DNA of 62,444 nucleotides, filler included, from an uncultured bacterium (GCA_964449065.1; 4 parts of 4 records of this genome joined end to end with filler, not necessarily neighbours in it); one strand, 5' to 3'; shown: positions 41,141-51,725, numbered from the whole stretch's first letter. Numbers and translations are program-made. Notes: generated from the sequence alone by a model not told the origin.

Positions 41141-42940
41141 GTGATGGTGAAATGGATTCAGGCCATTGCGTTTTGTTTGCTATTCGTATCTGTCAGAGGA
41201 TATAAAGAATCAACGGGTATATCTGCTGATACAATCCTTCTTGCTCAGCTGCCGACTCCCACGAATGCACCGGCACCAAGCAATACTCCCCCATCGATTA
41301 TTTCGGTTAGTGATTATGCGTCGATTATTGCGATCAACACACCGCTTACTATCCGTGTGTTTGTACAGGATAACGAGGATGATCCACTGGAATTGGATTT
41401 ACCGGAAGATGCGCCGGTTACTTCTACTCAATTCAACGGCAGCCAGGGGTTGTGGATTGCGGAACTTACTATTGATACATCCACCGCGGGGATTTTTGTG
41501 TTCATCATCACCGTCTCCGACGGCAGCGGAACCGTCACAAGAGATTTCAACTTCCGGATTGTTGATCCAAGTCAATTCACTCCAACGCCATCGAATACGG
41601 TTTCTCCATCCCCTACACCCACTGCTATGTTTACGCCAACATCCACTCCTACCCCTACAGCAACCGCGATGCCAACCGCGACCCCTACAGCAACCGCGAC
41701 CCCTACACCAACGGTTACCAATACACCCAACCGAACGCCGTTTGATGAACTCATTCTTACGCAAGGCGAAGGCGGAGAAAACTTGATTCATGTACGCAAT
41801 CTCGCGATGGGGATTTCAATTCCGCGCAACGCGATCATCCGCCAATACCGGGCATTAAGAGCAAGCTTTTTGAAGATCATTGGCGGCGGAAACAGCCGGG
41901 CAACGTTTCTGTCATTCGGGGATTTGGATCACGATGGCCAAACGGATGTAGCACATTCATTCGGGCCGGTCATCGATGAAGCGACCTACCCGAATATCGT
42001 TCTTCCCTTGCAATTTGGTTTACGCCGTGTGCTTGGGAGTTCATTTCAAGCCTTTCCTACCGGGGACAGCAATCCGGTACAATACAATCATGGCGAGTTA
42101 CGAACGGCCATCGGTGATTTTATTGAAGACGGCACCGATGTCCTGGCGGTGGCGCAAGGAACCGGCAGCGAGTTAGGGTTGGTGCGGCTATTTGAATTCA
42201 ACCAAAATGCGGCGGGCAGACCGTGGCGTGTTATTGCACAGTTTCAACCGCTGGACGATTTGCCGACACTGCGCAATAGCAACGGAGGCGTTACCTTGTC
42301 AGCAGGCGATTTAGACCGTGACGGCAGGGATGAACTCTTTGTTGGGCAAACCAACAGTTCCACTTCTCTTACACAATTTACCGTGATCGATGTCGATCAT
42401 CCCCACAATCCCATCCGGCATAATTTTGCTGGAATGCCGCCGGGCTTTCGCGGCAGGGGCGGTGTTGAAGTTGTGATGGCGGATCTAAACGGTGACGGGA
42501 TACAAGAAATAATCGCTGCCTCGAAAGGGAGCGGAGGGACGGATGTCGGGAATGTCATCAGCGTAATACGCCATGTCGTCATTTTGCAAGAGATACAAGG
42601 ATTCAGACGGCCCGCGAACTCCGTGCTCAAAGTGGTGAGCGACAACCTGAATCCCGGCGGCGCGTTAAACATCGCGGCGGGTGAGTTTGACGGCAATCAT
42701 GATAATGGCGATGAAATTGCACTGTCCAGCGGTAGGGGGGCTAAGCAATCATTCTTCCGTACACTCAAGATTCATTACGATCCCGAAGAAGGAAAAACGG
42801 GAACGGTGCAAGGATTTACGTTCTTAACCGGTCCCGCCAAGGGGATTGATTTTGTGCATAAGGCATTTGAGAATGGATTGAATCCAACCGGCGGCGAAGC
42901 AATCATACAAGCGGCGGATGTTGTCCCAAATGCGCCGTAA
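41141..42940 (+). CDS. Secreted FG-GAP repeat protein with Ig-like domain and Pro/Thr linker
   Basis: (PT)n linker; repeated GDLDxDG, GDFxxDG and DLNGDG calcium loops. Confidence 0.8.
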   Translation: MMVKWIQAIAFCLLFVSVRGYKESTGISADTILLAQLPTPTNAPAPSNTPPSIISVSDYASIIAINTPLTIRVFVQDNEDDPLELDLPEDAPVTSTQFNGSQGLWIAELTIDTSTAGIFVFIITVSDGSGTVTRDFNFRIVDPSQFTPTPSNTVSPSPTPTAMFTPTSTPTPTATAMPTATPTATATPTPTVTNTPNRTPFDELILTQGEGGENLIHVRNLAMGISIPRNAIIRQYRALRASFLKIIGGGNSRATFLSFGDLDHDGQTDVAHSFGPVIDEATYPNIVLPLQFGLRRVLGSSFQAFPTGDSNPVQYNHGELRTAIGDFIEDGTDVLAVAQGTGSELGLVRLFEFNQNAAGRPWRVIAQFQPLDDLPTLRNSNGGVTLSAGDLDRDGRDELFVGQTNSSTSLTQFTVIDVDHPHNPIRHNFAGMPPGFRGRGGVEVVMADLNGDGIQEIIAASKGSGGTDVGNVISVIRHVVILQEIQGFRRPANSVLKVVSDNLNPGGALNIAAGEFDGNHDNGDEIALSSGRGAKQSFFRTLKIHYDPEEGKTGTVQGFTFLTGPAKGIDFVHKAFENGLNPTGGEAIIQAADVVPNAP

Positions 42941-42981
42941 TCCAAGACAGAAGATTTTTCTCCACCCGTTTTTCTTTTCAA

Positions 42982-43625
42982 TTATTCCGGCCTGTATGTT
43001 CGGATTCTATCTTGATGCACAATCCAAAGCTTTCCTGAAATTTCATCATTTTCCAAGGCCCGAATCAAAATTTTACAAAAATGCCGGATATCTTTCCACG
43101 TGGGATGAACAGGCAGCCTTAATACTGCGATTCCATAATAGTTGGAGGGGTTAAAAATCAGCGTATTGCTAACTCACGTTACGCACTACATTATGATATA
43201 CTCTTTTTTCTAATCGTTCGCTGAAACTATCGCCCTCGCCCACTGGGAGAGGGACGGGGTGAGGGTTCGGGAGGAATAAACCTCTCATTACGCGACTGCG
43301 TCATGGGGAGCAATCGCTTTCATCACCCTCATCTCTTATCTTCTCCCAAAGGGAGAAGACGATAGACCTTGCGTTTGATTTAGAAAATTTGGTCTTTAAC
43401 AAACCCCTTTTTTAGCAATATTAGATCATCAGTTGCGTAACATCAGTTACTAAAATCCATATCCAGGGTCACTAAACATCTTTGTTCGCTTTGACAAAAC
43501 GCGATTAACCGATGATCGTCATAACCGGAAAGATGTTCTTGCCGAACCGTTTCGACATCATAACCGGCATTGATGAACAATTGCGCTGTCGATGCCCCTA
43601 AATTTTCATCCAGCTTTATCTTCAT
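42982..43625 (-). pseudogene. DUF5615 PIN-domain toxin interrupted by a MITE
   Basis: 5' half MKIKLDENL...LVTLDMDF (43625-43452) and 3' half SNTLIFNPSNYYGIAVLRLP...GKLWIVHQDRIRTYRPE* (43170-42982) join in frame to 120 aa when the insertion is removed. Confidence 0.9.
43172..43447. mobile_element. 276-bp MITE with 14-bp terminal inverted repeats and 5-bp target duplication
   Basis: ACTCACGTTACGCA ... TGCGTAACATCAGT; flanks TGCTA (43167-71) and TACTA (43448-52); internal CCCTC...GGGAGAGGG-type hairpins. Confidence 0.88.
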
Positions 43626-43867
43626 GTTTCAATCGAAATAGGAATGAACCGGTCGCGGGACATCTCGGCGCCATAGGCAATGCAGGCGCGGATGTCTTCT
43701 TCCGTCAGATCATACTCTTTCATGATTTCGGCATAACTCATTCCATCCGCAAGAAAATCAAGAATCAGTGAAACCCAAATGCGCCTGCCGCGAATGCAGG
43801 GTTTACCGAAACACACGTTTGGGTTTATGGAAATTCGTTCTGTCAGTTGCTCTCTTGTCATGCCCAT
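43622..43867 (-). CDS. DUF433 antitoxin
   Basis: RISINPNVCFGKPCIRGRRI.V..IL..LA.G...EI..EY.LTEEDI.A...Y; ATGA overlap with the toxin. Confidence 0.92.
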   Translation of the reverse strand: MGMTREQLTERISINPNVCFGKPCIRGRRIWVSLILDFLADGMSYAEIMKEYDLTEEDIRACIAYGAEMSRDRFIPISIET

Positions 43868-44035
43868 GATCAATCTCCAAATTGCATCACTTTACGTTCC
43901 TGCAAATGATTATACCTGAAAAATGGCTATTCTCTCAAGAATCGGTTGATATCAAAATGCGTGTCTCCGCAATCCTTTCTTCCCGTAAAATCTTATCGTA
44001 AAATACATTCTTTATCCCACTGGCGAGGTACGATT

Positions 44036-45070
44036 ATGAAAGCGTTATGTTCTACTTTTTTCTGGTTAACAGTCACAATAATGTCTTATTCCGCTGAACC
44101 GCATCCATCCGTTGTAAAGCAAGGGTTTATTTATGAAACCGCTCCCTTCCCTTCCTGCCATGCATCGACCATTGAGCAGACCGAATCCGGCGCGTTGGTT
44201 GCCGCATGGTTTGGCGGAACGGATGAAGGCAATCCCGATGTGGGGATTTGGTTGTCCCGCAATGAAAACGGCACTTGGACGAAACCGGTTGAAGTAGCCG
44301 CCGCTGAGCGGGTGCCTTGTTGGAATCCGGTTTTTATCAACATGCCGGACAACGAGTTGGTACTTTATTATAAAGCAGGTGAGTCGCCGCGCGCTTGGTC
44401 AGGGCTGCTAAAGCGTTCGCGGGATGAAGGGAAAACATGGTCAGAACCGGAACTGCTGCCCGCAGGGATACTCGGTCCCATCAAAAATAAACCGGTCCTC
44501 CTGCCGGATCACTCACTGCTTTGCGGGTCATCGGTAGAGAGCTGGAAATCGTGGGTATCCTGGGCGGAAATCACCACAGACAGCGGCAAAACCTGGAACA
44601 AATACGGCCCCATCCTGCCGCCGCCGGTTGAAGGAATTCCGGAAAGCACCTACGGAATTATCCAACCAACTTTATTCATCGCGGATAATGGAGATATCCA
44701 CAGCCTCCACCGCGCCACCCGCAACATCGGGAATATCTGCCATTCGGTCTCGAAAGACGGCGGCAAGACATGGTCGGTTGCCAAACCAATCGCGCTACCC
44801 AATCCCAGCGCCGGCTTTGACTGCGTCAAAATCAAGGATGGCCGCGTTGTCCTGGTTTACAATCATACAAATCGGGGTAGACATTTATTGAATATCGCGG
44901 TATCGAAAGATGACGGCAAAACCTGGGAGATGAAGTTCGCGCTTGAAGATGAGCCTGGAGAGTTTTCATATCCGGCAATTATTGAAACCAAAGACGGTAT
45001 GATTCACACTACCTATACGTGGAAACGCGAACGCATCAAACACGTCATTCTGGATCCCGCGAAATTCTAA
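44036..45070 (+). CDS. Secreted BNR/Asp-box sialidase-like protein
   Basis: HASTI, WFGGT.EG, repeated S.D.GKTW Asp-boxes, SYPA. Confidence 0.88.
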   Translation: MKALCSTFFWLTVTIMSYSAEPHPSVVKQGFIYETAPFPSCHASTIEQTESGALVAAWFGGTDEGNPDVGIWLSRNENGTWTKPVEVAAAERVPCWNPVFINMPDNELVLYYKAGESPRAWSGLLKRSRDEGKTWSEPELLPAGILGPIKNKPVLLPDHSLLCGSSVESWKSWVSWAEITTDSGKTWNKYGPILPPPVEGIPESTYGIIQPTLFIADNGDIHSLHRATRNIGNICHSVSKDGGKTWSVAKPIALPNPSAGFDCVKIKDGRVVLVYNHTNRGRHLLNIAVSKDDGKTWEMKFALEDEPGEFSYPAIIETKDGMIHTTYTWKRERIKHVILDPAKF

Positions 45071-45105
45071 TCCGTATAGTACTTGGATCTGAATAGGGAT
45101 AATGT

Positions 45106-46191
45106 ATGAGCGGTTCATCTTATAAAGACACCGGCGTGGATACCCATGCCGCGGCGGTATCAATCTCCAAATTCAGTGATCTGGTTCGCGGCACATTTGC
45201 CTTCCATCAAAACGTAGGGAGAGTTTGCCTGGATTTAGGCTACTTTGCCAACGTCATCGATGTGGGCAACAATTTGGGGATTGCTATTTCCACCGACGGC
45301 GTCGGTACCAAAATCTTGGTTGCTCAGGCAATGGATAAATACGATACAATCGGTATCGATTGTGTTGCCATGAATGTAAACGACTTGCTTTGCGTGGGAG
45401 CCACTCCATTAGCCCTGGTAGACTATATGGCGGTTGAATCGGCAAATCCTGAATTCATTTATGAACTAATGAGTGGGATTTATGAAGGGTGCAGGCAGGC
45501 CAATGTTTCCATCCCCGCGGGGGAAATCGCGCAGGTCAAAGAACTGATCCATGGCAGCCGTGAGGGGAAATCGTTTGATTTGGTGGCGTCCACCATCGGT
45601 ACGGTACCGCTGGATAAAATTATGATCGGGCAGGATATTCAACCCGGCGATGTGGTCATCGGTATCCGCAGCAGCGGCCTGCACAGCAACGGATACACCA
45701 TGGCACGGCGCGTATTGTTGCAAGATATGAACTTATCCCTCAACGATTCTCCCCCCGAATTAAACCGCTCTGTTGGGAAAGAATTGTTGGAGCCCACCCA
45801 CATCTATGTCAAACCCGTGCTGGAATTATTCAACCAAAACCGAAACATCAAAGCATTGATTAACATCACAGGCGATGGACTGTTTAATTTGATAAGGGTT
45901 GATTCGAATACCGGGTATGTGATCGATCATTTGCCCGAACCTCACCCCATATTCAAACTCATTCAAAACGGCGGAAAAATTTCTACCGAAGAAATGTACA
46001 CCACGTTTAATATGGGGATTGGCTTTTGCATCGTCATTCATCCCGAAGATGCCCAATCATGCTTAGGAATAATAGAGGAAAACGGTTTTGAACCGTTCAT
46101 CATGGGACACGCCATTCGGGATGAACATAAGCACATTCATCTAACATCATTGAATTTAGAAGGGAAAAATGGCGTTTGGAAATCCGTTTAA
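45106..46191 (+). CDS. purM: Phosphoribosylformylglycinamidine cyclo-ligase
   Basis: Y...GVD, TDGVGTK, GIDCVAMNVND, SSGLHSNGY, LLEPT.IY, FNMGIG. Confidence 0.95.
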   Translation: MSGSSYKDTGVDTHAAAVSISKFSDLVRGTFAFHQNVGRVCLDLGYFANVIDVGNNLGIAISTDGVGTKILVAQAMDKYDTIGIDCVAMNVNDLLCVGATPLALVDYMAVESANPEFIYELMSGIYEGCRQANVSIPAGEIAQVKELIHGSREGKSFDLVASTIGTVPLDKIMIGQDIQPGDVVIGIRSSGLHSNGYTMARRVLLQDMNLSLNDSPPELNRSVGKELLEPTHIYVKPVLELFNQNRNIKALINITGDGLFNLIRVDSNTGYVIDHLPEPHPIFKLIQNGGKISTEEMYTTFNMGIGFCIVIHPEDAQSCLGIIEENGFEPFIMGHAIRDEHKHIHLTSLNLEGKNGVWKSV

Positions 46192-46215
46192 AATAGTTGA
46201 ACAATCCCACCCGCT

Positions 46216-46557
46216 TTACTCCATTGCCTCGGCAAAGTCGTATACATTTAACTGCCGCAATAACCGGCGTTTATCCCTCCGGTAAAAGGTACGCAACACG
46301 TACTGTAAAATCTCTTGCTGCACCTCTTCACGGGATTTTTCCGCCCGGTAATAATACGTATTGCTTCGGTTTTGATGAGAAACTAGATTTTTTTGTTCCA
46401 GATTTCGTAAGACTGAAGCCACAGAAGTATATGCGCCGGCTTGATTTTTGCCTAACGTTTCCCAAATCCTGTATATACTTGCTTCTTCCAGTTCCCACAC
46501 TGCATTCATGACCTCGTATTCGCGTTGCGTTAATATTTCTGAAGGTTTTCTTGGCAT
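46216..46557 (-). CDS. BlaI/MecI/CopY family transcriptional repressor
   Basis: LT.RE.EVM..VW, AYTSV...L..LE.K..V, YYY. Confidence 0.88.
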   Translation of the reverse strand: MPRKPSEILTQREYEVMNAVWELEEASIYRIWETLGKNQAGAYTSVASVLRNLEQKNLVSHQNRSNTYYYRAEKSREEVQQEILQYVLRTFYRRDKRRLLRQLNVYDFAEAME

Positions 46558-47102
46558 GAATCAACTCCTCACCTCACTACAGCGTTTGACAAATCATGTT
46601 CAGATTGAAATGCAATTTTCCCGCACCGATTCAAAGCCATCGCTCGCAAAACAACCTGACCTATGACGGCTTCACGTAAAATGACCGGGTTGGTATGAAT
46701 AATCCCTAGTACATAACAGGGTTATACCAAACGTGCCTTTGAGAAAATCTGAATTTCATACTGGACTTACCAAGTTCTATAACAAATTCAGTACCAATCT
46801 AAAATCGGCTGAAATTTGTAAAATGGAGGGTGGGCAATAGCATAAACCCGTATCATTTCCATTGATTTATATGCAAATACACTTTTTTTTCGTAACATTC
46901 TTTACTTTACAGTTCACCTTTATCTTTATGTCAACCGCCCATTTTCAGGCACCGCCCGTTTATGGGCAGTTTAAACTTTGTTTTTGCATGGAGTTCGGCG
47001 GCATGTAAAAATTCTAAGAGGGTAAAAAATCCATAAAAACGGATCTATTGATTCGATGCAATCATTATTTAAACGGAGGCTTAATACCGTCTTGAAGACA
47101 GA

Positions 47103-47202
47103 NNNNNNNNNNNNNNNNNNNNNNNNNNNNNNNNNNNNNNNNNNNNTTAATTAATTAANNNNNNNNNNNNNNNNNNNNNNNNNNNNNNNNNNNNNNNNNN
47201 NN
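47103..47202. other. Artificial contig linker
   Basis: 44 N + TTAATTAATTAA + 44 N. Confidence 0.99.
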
Positions 47203-47456
47203 AACAACTTCAAACTGCCGCCTGATGACGGCCGTCACCAACTTTTGGGCATAGCTCCAGTCTTGCATCGCCCCGTGGCTGGTTTTTGCTCCGCCCCGGG
47301 CACCTTGCAACCGATTGCAACAGCTGCATCCATAGAATCTGTAAGAAAATTGTGTGTGTTTGCGTGCCTTCACAAAACCTTCGTTTGACGCGCATGCTGT
47401 CGAGGATAGACCCCGCGATGGCGTCAATGGTGCGGCGCAGCATCACGGGATCCATC

Positions 47457-49892
47457 ATGATAATTCGCACACTCACTGCGACCGCTGTCGCGGCGCTCGG
47501 AACGTCCCTTCAACTGTCCGCCCTCGCACAGTCAGATGAACCGGACGCCCGCCGTCTGGACGTCGTTACTGTGACGACTCAGAAACAGGAACAGTCAATT
47601 ATCGAGGTGCCGATTAATATTTCGGTCGCGGATCAGGCCCTTATCGACCTCTTGTCCGCTGACGATCTGGAAGACCTCGGAAATTTCGTTCCCGGACTGC
47701 AGGTTCAGGCGCAGAGCCTGAATGCGCCAAGCTATTCACTGCGCGGCGTCGTTTCTGACAGCGGCGGCACGCCACGTGTCGCGCTGTTTCAGAATGGTGT
47801 GGCGATCGGTAATCCTGGTTTTGCAACCAATCTCGCAATCTACGACATGGAACGAGTCGAGGTCGTCAAAGGACCCCAGGCCACGTTGTTTGGTCAGGGT
47901 GCGCTTGTGGGTGGCATCAATTTCATTAACAATCGGGCGTCAACTGCCGGCAATTCGGGCAAGCTCACACTCGAAGCCGGAGACTACAGTTCTTTTCGCG
48001 CGGAGGGTTTCTATAATTACGCTGTGAATGAAACGCTGGCCTTCCGCTTGGCCGGTCAGGTCAAGACAATGGACGGCTATGTGCCGAACACGGCCAATTC
48101 TCCCGATCTGATGGGACAGGACACGACAGCCCTTCGCGGTGCCATGCACTGGGAGCCAGCATCCAATGTCACGGCAGATCTTTTCGTGAACTATCAGGAA
48201 GATGACTCGACTGGAACACAGTTTACATCGGCTTTTTTCCCAGTGAACGGCAAAGTCGACCCATACGGCCTGACCGCCATGAATATCAATGACGATCAGG
48301 TACGTGGAAAACTGGGCAATGACCGTGAGTTGTTTTATGCCACGGCGAATGTCGAGGTCGAACTCAATGATGCCTGGACACTGACCTCGCTGAGCGACTA
48401 TCGGGACCTCAATTCCGAAGAGGCATGGGATTCTGATGGGGCCGGGTTCAATCTCTTACAATTCTACCAGACACAGAAAGCAGAGACTTTCAGCCAGGAA
48501 CTCCGCCTGAACTATGATGCCGGCGGCAGACTTTCGGCTTTCTTCGGCGGGAATTTCTTTACCATTGATGGCGAAGATGTGTTGTTTTTCTCAACCGATG
48601 AAGCGTATGCGCAGTCGCTTTTTGCGCCTGACATCGCTGCCGGTGCCGGCCTGACGGTCGCTCAGGCCGGGGGCTTGCTTGTGTCAACCGGCGTTCCGGG
48701 GGGGGAGAATTTTGGCAGTTTCGAGACCCCGCTGCAGTTTTCAGCACTTGGCGTGCTGCTTGAGGGACAGCTGATCCCTTTGTTCGATGAACAATTGGAA
48801 AGCTTGCTGACGACCTCTGGTCGCGACACGTATGACGTGTTTGGCGATGTATCGTACGATGTTACAGATCGTCTGTCGCTCACGGGCGGTATTCGGTATA
48901 CAGAGGAAACGCTGGAAAGCAGCTCGCTCGGACGTGTCCTGAAAGCAAATCCGGCTCTTGGCGGAACGCTCAACGCGGTTCTGTTTACGCCGGGCTTTCT
49001 TATTAACGCAGGCACTCTCGATAACGAGGTTTCGGCAAGTGAAGAAACGGACGGTGCCTTTACCTGGCGCTTCAATGCGTCATACCGCGTATCTGACAGC
49101 GTGAATGCATGGCTGGCTTATGGCCGGGGGCGTCGTCCCGAAGTTCTTTCTGCGTCTGGCGCAGAATTCGAACTCATTGACGCAGAAACCCTCGACAATA
49201 TCGAAGCGGGTATGTTCGGCCGATTCTTTGACGACCGTTTGCAGATGACCACATCGGTTTACTACGGTCAGTACAAGGACTTCCAGACAACACGTTTTGA
49301 CCCGCTTCAGGGTATCTTCATCACCGAAAACTCCGGTAATGCGACTCAGTATGGTTTCGAATTTGATGGCCAGGCCCTTCTGACAGACACACTGCGTGTT
49401 TTCGCGACATACGCGTATACCTTCTCAGAGTATGATGACGAGGATGACGACGGAAATCCGCTCCAGTTTGCAGGCAATAAATTCCGTATAAGTCCAGAAA
49501 ACAGCTTTTCGCTCGCGGCAGAATACACACTGCCTGTGCCCTATGGCGAATTCTCCATCGCACCAAGCTATGTCTGGAAGGACAGCCACTTCTTTGAGGA
49601 CGACAACGGGTTTGATTATGTCGCCAACGATAATGGTGGCTTTGACCGCATTCGCGAAACGCTTCCAAACGGTGTCGCCGTCGATGAAAGCCAGGATGCC
49701 TATGGTGTTGCCAATCTCCGTCTCGGGTTCGACAGCGCGGATGAGCGCTGGGGCCTCTATGCGGTCGGTGAGAACCTGTTTGACGAGGAATATCTGATTG
49801 ATGTCGGCAATACCGGCGGCGCCTTCGGACTTCACACCCTTATTCGCGGGAAACCGCGAATGGTGAAAGCAGGCGCTTATATAAAGTTCTAA
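47457..49892 (+). CDS. TonB-dependent receptor
   Basis: Signal peptide, DVVTVT TonB box, ERVEVVKGPQATLFG plug motif, NLFDEEY, C-terminal F. Start ATG 47457 is inferred. Confidence 0.93.
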   Translation: MIIRTLTATAVAALGTSLQLSALAQSDEPDARRLDVVTVTTQKQEQSIIEVPINISVADQALIDLLSADDLEDLGNFVPGLQVQAQSLNAPSYSLRGVVSDSGGTPRVALFQNGVAIGNPGFATNLAIYDMERVEVVKGPQATLFGQGALVGGINFINNRASTAGNSGKLTLEAGDYSSFRAEGFYNYAVNETLAFRLAGQVKTMDGYVPNTANSPDLMGQDTTALRGAMHWEPASNVTADLFVNYQEDDSTGTQFTSAFFPVNGKVDPYGLTAMNINDDQVRGKLGNDRELFYATANVEVELNDAWTLTSLSDYRDLNSEEAWDSDGAGFNLLQFYQTQKAETFSQELRLNYDAGGRLSAFFGGNFFTIDGEDVLFFSTDEAYAQSLFAPDIAAGAGLTVAQAGGLLVSTGVPGGENFGSFETPLQFSALGVLLEGQLIPLFDEQLESLLTTSGRDTYDVFGDVSYDVTDRLSLTGGIRYTEETLESSSLGRVLKANPALGGTLNAVLFTPGFLINAGTLDNEVSASEETDGAFTWRFNASYRVSDSVNAWLAYGRGRRPEVLSASGAEFELIDAETLDNIEAGMFGRFFDDRLQMTTSVYYGQYKDFQTTRFDPLQGIFITENSGNATQYGFEFDGQALLTDTLRVFATYAYTFSEYDDEDDDGNPLQFAGNKFRISPENSFSLAAEYTLPVPYGEFSIAPSYVWKDSHFFEDDNGFDYVANDNGGFDRIRETLPNGVAVDESQDAYGVANLRLGFDSADERWGLYAVGENLFDEEYLIDVGNTGGAFGLHTLIRGKPRMVKAGAYIKF

Positions 49893-50298
49893 TCGGTGTT
49901 GTCGCGTGTGGGTGGCCCCGGTTCTGCAAGAAGTGGCTCGGTTCGTTTGAACAGTTATCGGTCACTTGCTAAGTGCAATTCTGCCCCCCCCCCCGCGAGA
50001 GCTCGTCTGGCAATGCTGCATCATAGGCGGCTTATGGCGATGAATTGTCCGATCCTGTTTGGTTGAGAACAGCAGCAATAGTCGCCAATGCTGCCGAGAG
50101 GCTTCGCGACAGATCGGAGCATTCAAGGCTTGTGGCGACCATTGGAACAGACGCGGGCGAGGGGCGGATTATTTTTAGAGCGGCCGCTGGGCGCCGCTCG
50201 TCAGGCGCGGCGTTCCGGATGATAACGATGCCGCCCCTGGGAAGAATTTCCTGATAAGGCAACGCGTTTGAAGATTTCGTGACATCCACTCGCCCTAT

Positions 50299-50312
50299 CT
50301 GGACTAGACCAG
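50299..50312. promoter_or_regulatory. GntR/HutC (PhnR/PhnF-type) operator upstream of MFS
   Basis: CTGGACTAGACCAG, a near-palindrome of the TGGTCTAGACCA class; recurs at 56201 and 56932. Confidence 0.75.
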
Positions 50313-50357
50313 TTAAGACAGGTACCTCTATTTGCGTTGGCACTGGAGGGGGTCCCC

Positions 50358-51683
50358 ATGAAAGCGATCACGCGTGCAGTGGAACGCGCAGGCGCCTACT
50401 GGCTTGGCGCCTACGCACTCGCAGCGGCCTTTTCCACTTACTTTTCCATGTATGCGTTCCGCAAGCCCTTTACGGTTGCGACCTATGAGGGCGTCGAGGG
50501 CTGGGGCCTTGTCATCGATTTCAAGATTGCGATCGTGATCGCGCAGGTGCTCGGTTATGCCCTTTCCAAGCTGATCGGCGTGAAAGTCGTGTCCGAGGCC
50601 GCGCCGAACCGGCGCGCCGTCATGATCCTTGCTTTCATCATGACAGCATGGATCGCCCTTGTCCTGTTTGCGGTGTTGCCGGCCAACTGGAAAATCCTGG
50701 CGATTTTCATGAACGGGCTGCCGCTTGGCATGATCTGGGGACTCGTCTTCGCCTACATGGAAGGCCGGCGGATCAGCGAGATCATCGGAGCGGGCCTTTG
50801 CGCGAGTTTCATCGTGTCCTCGGGCGTCGTGAAATCTGTCGGGCGCTGGCTCATCGTCGATCACAATGTGCCCGATTTCTGGATGCCCGCGCTGACCGGG
50901 CTCCTCTTCATGCCGATCCTCGCTGTATCAGTGTACTTCCTTTCGCTGACGCCGCCGCCCAACGCCGCCGACCAGGCCGCACGCAAACCGCGTGTCCCCA
51001 TGTATGGCGCCGAGCGCAAGGCCTTTTTCTGGAACAATGCCCTCGGGCTGACCTTGCTGATTGTTGCCTATATTGTGCTGACAGCCCTTCGTGATTTCCG
51101 GGACAATTTCGCCGTCGAGATCTGGGACGCAGTTGGCTATGCTGACACGCCGGAGATATTCGCGCTTTCGGAAATCCCGGTTGCAGTCATTGTGCTGGCC
51201 TTCATGGCTTCGACCATCGTGATCCGCTCGAACCGCAATGCGGTTCTGACCCATCACTGGATCATCTTCGCAGGCGCCGCCATCGTTGCGCTGGCCACGA
51301 TCGGCTTCCAGTCCGGGACCATCGGGCCAGTTGCGTGGATGATCGCCGTCGGCGCCGGGATCTACATGGGCTATGTGCCCTACAACTGCATACTTGTCGA
51401 CCGGATGACGGCAGCACTGAAAACGCCCGGAAATGCGGCCTTCTTCATGTATCTGGCCGATGCCAGCGGCTACGCTGGCAGCGTTGGCCTCATGCTCTAT
51501 AAGAATTTCGGCACGCCGGAACTGAACTGGCTGAATTTCTTCACTGGACTTTGCTATATTGGCTCGCTGGTCGTGGCGCTGAGCACTGTGGCATCCTTCT
51601 TTTATTTCCGGCGCGGCCATCTCAGCGACGTTGTAACCGTTACGGCGACGCCGACCGGCGCCAGAGCGGCCGCATCTGCCTGA
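50358..51683 (+). CDS. DUF5690 family MFS-type transporter (putative phosphonate importer)
   Basis: YFSMYAFRKPFT, GYALSK, NGLPLGMIWG, EGRR, RDFRDNF, YLADASGY; about 12 TMs. Confidence 0.85.
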   Translation: MKAITRAVERAGAYWLGAYALAAAFSTYFSMYAFRKPFTVATYEGVEGWGLVIDFKIAIVIAQVLGYALSKLIGVKVVSEAAPNRRAVMILAFIMTAWIALVLFAVLPANWKILAIFMNGLPLGMIWGLVFAYMEGRRISEIIGAGLCASFIVSSGVVKSVGRWLIVDHNVPDFWMPALTGLLFMPILAVSVYFLSLTPPPNAADQAARKPRVPMYGAERKAFFWNNALGLTLLIVAYIVLTALRDFRDNFAVEIWDAVGYADTPEIFALSEIPVAVIVLAFMASTIVIRSNRNAVLTHHWIIFAGAAIVALATIGFQSGTIGPVAWMIAVGAGIYMGYVPYNCILVDRMTAALKTPGNAAFFMYLADASGYAGSVGLMLYKNFGTPELNWLNFFTGLCYIGSLVVALSTVASFFYFRRGHLSDVVTVTATPTGARAAASA

Positions 51684-51725
51684 CACGCACGTACCACACT
51701 CGACCTGCCAAAGAGGATTTCAGCC

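Noticed and set aside
41575..41740. Tandem DNA repeats (ACCCCTACAGCAACCGCG etc.)
   Set aside because: Explained by the Pro/Thr linker coding sequence of the FG-GAP protein.
47203..47268. Possible N-terminus of a minus-strand gene (MQDWSYAQKLVTAVIRRQFEVV) and a possible gene start near 62383 at the window end
   Set aside because: Truncated by contig ends; too short to support a call.
50032..50343. 103-aa minus-strand ORF between the TonB receptor and the MFS
   Set aside because: No recognisable domain, and it overlaps the MFS promoter and operator; probably spurious.
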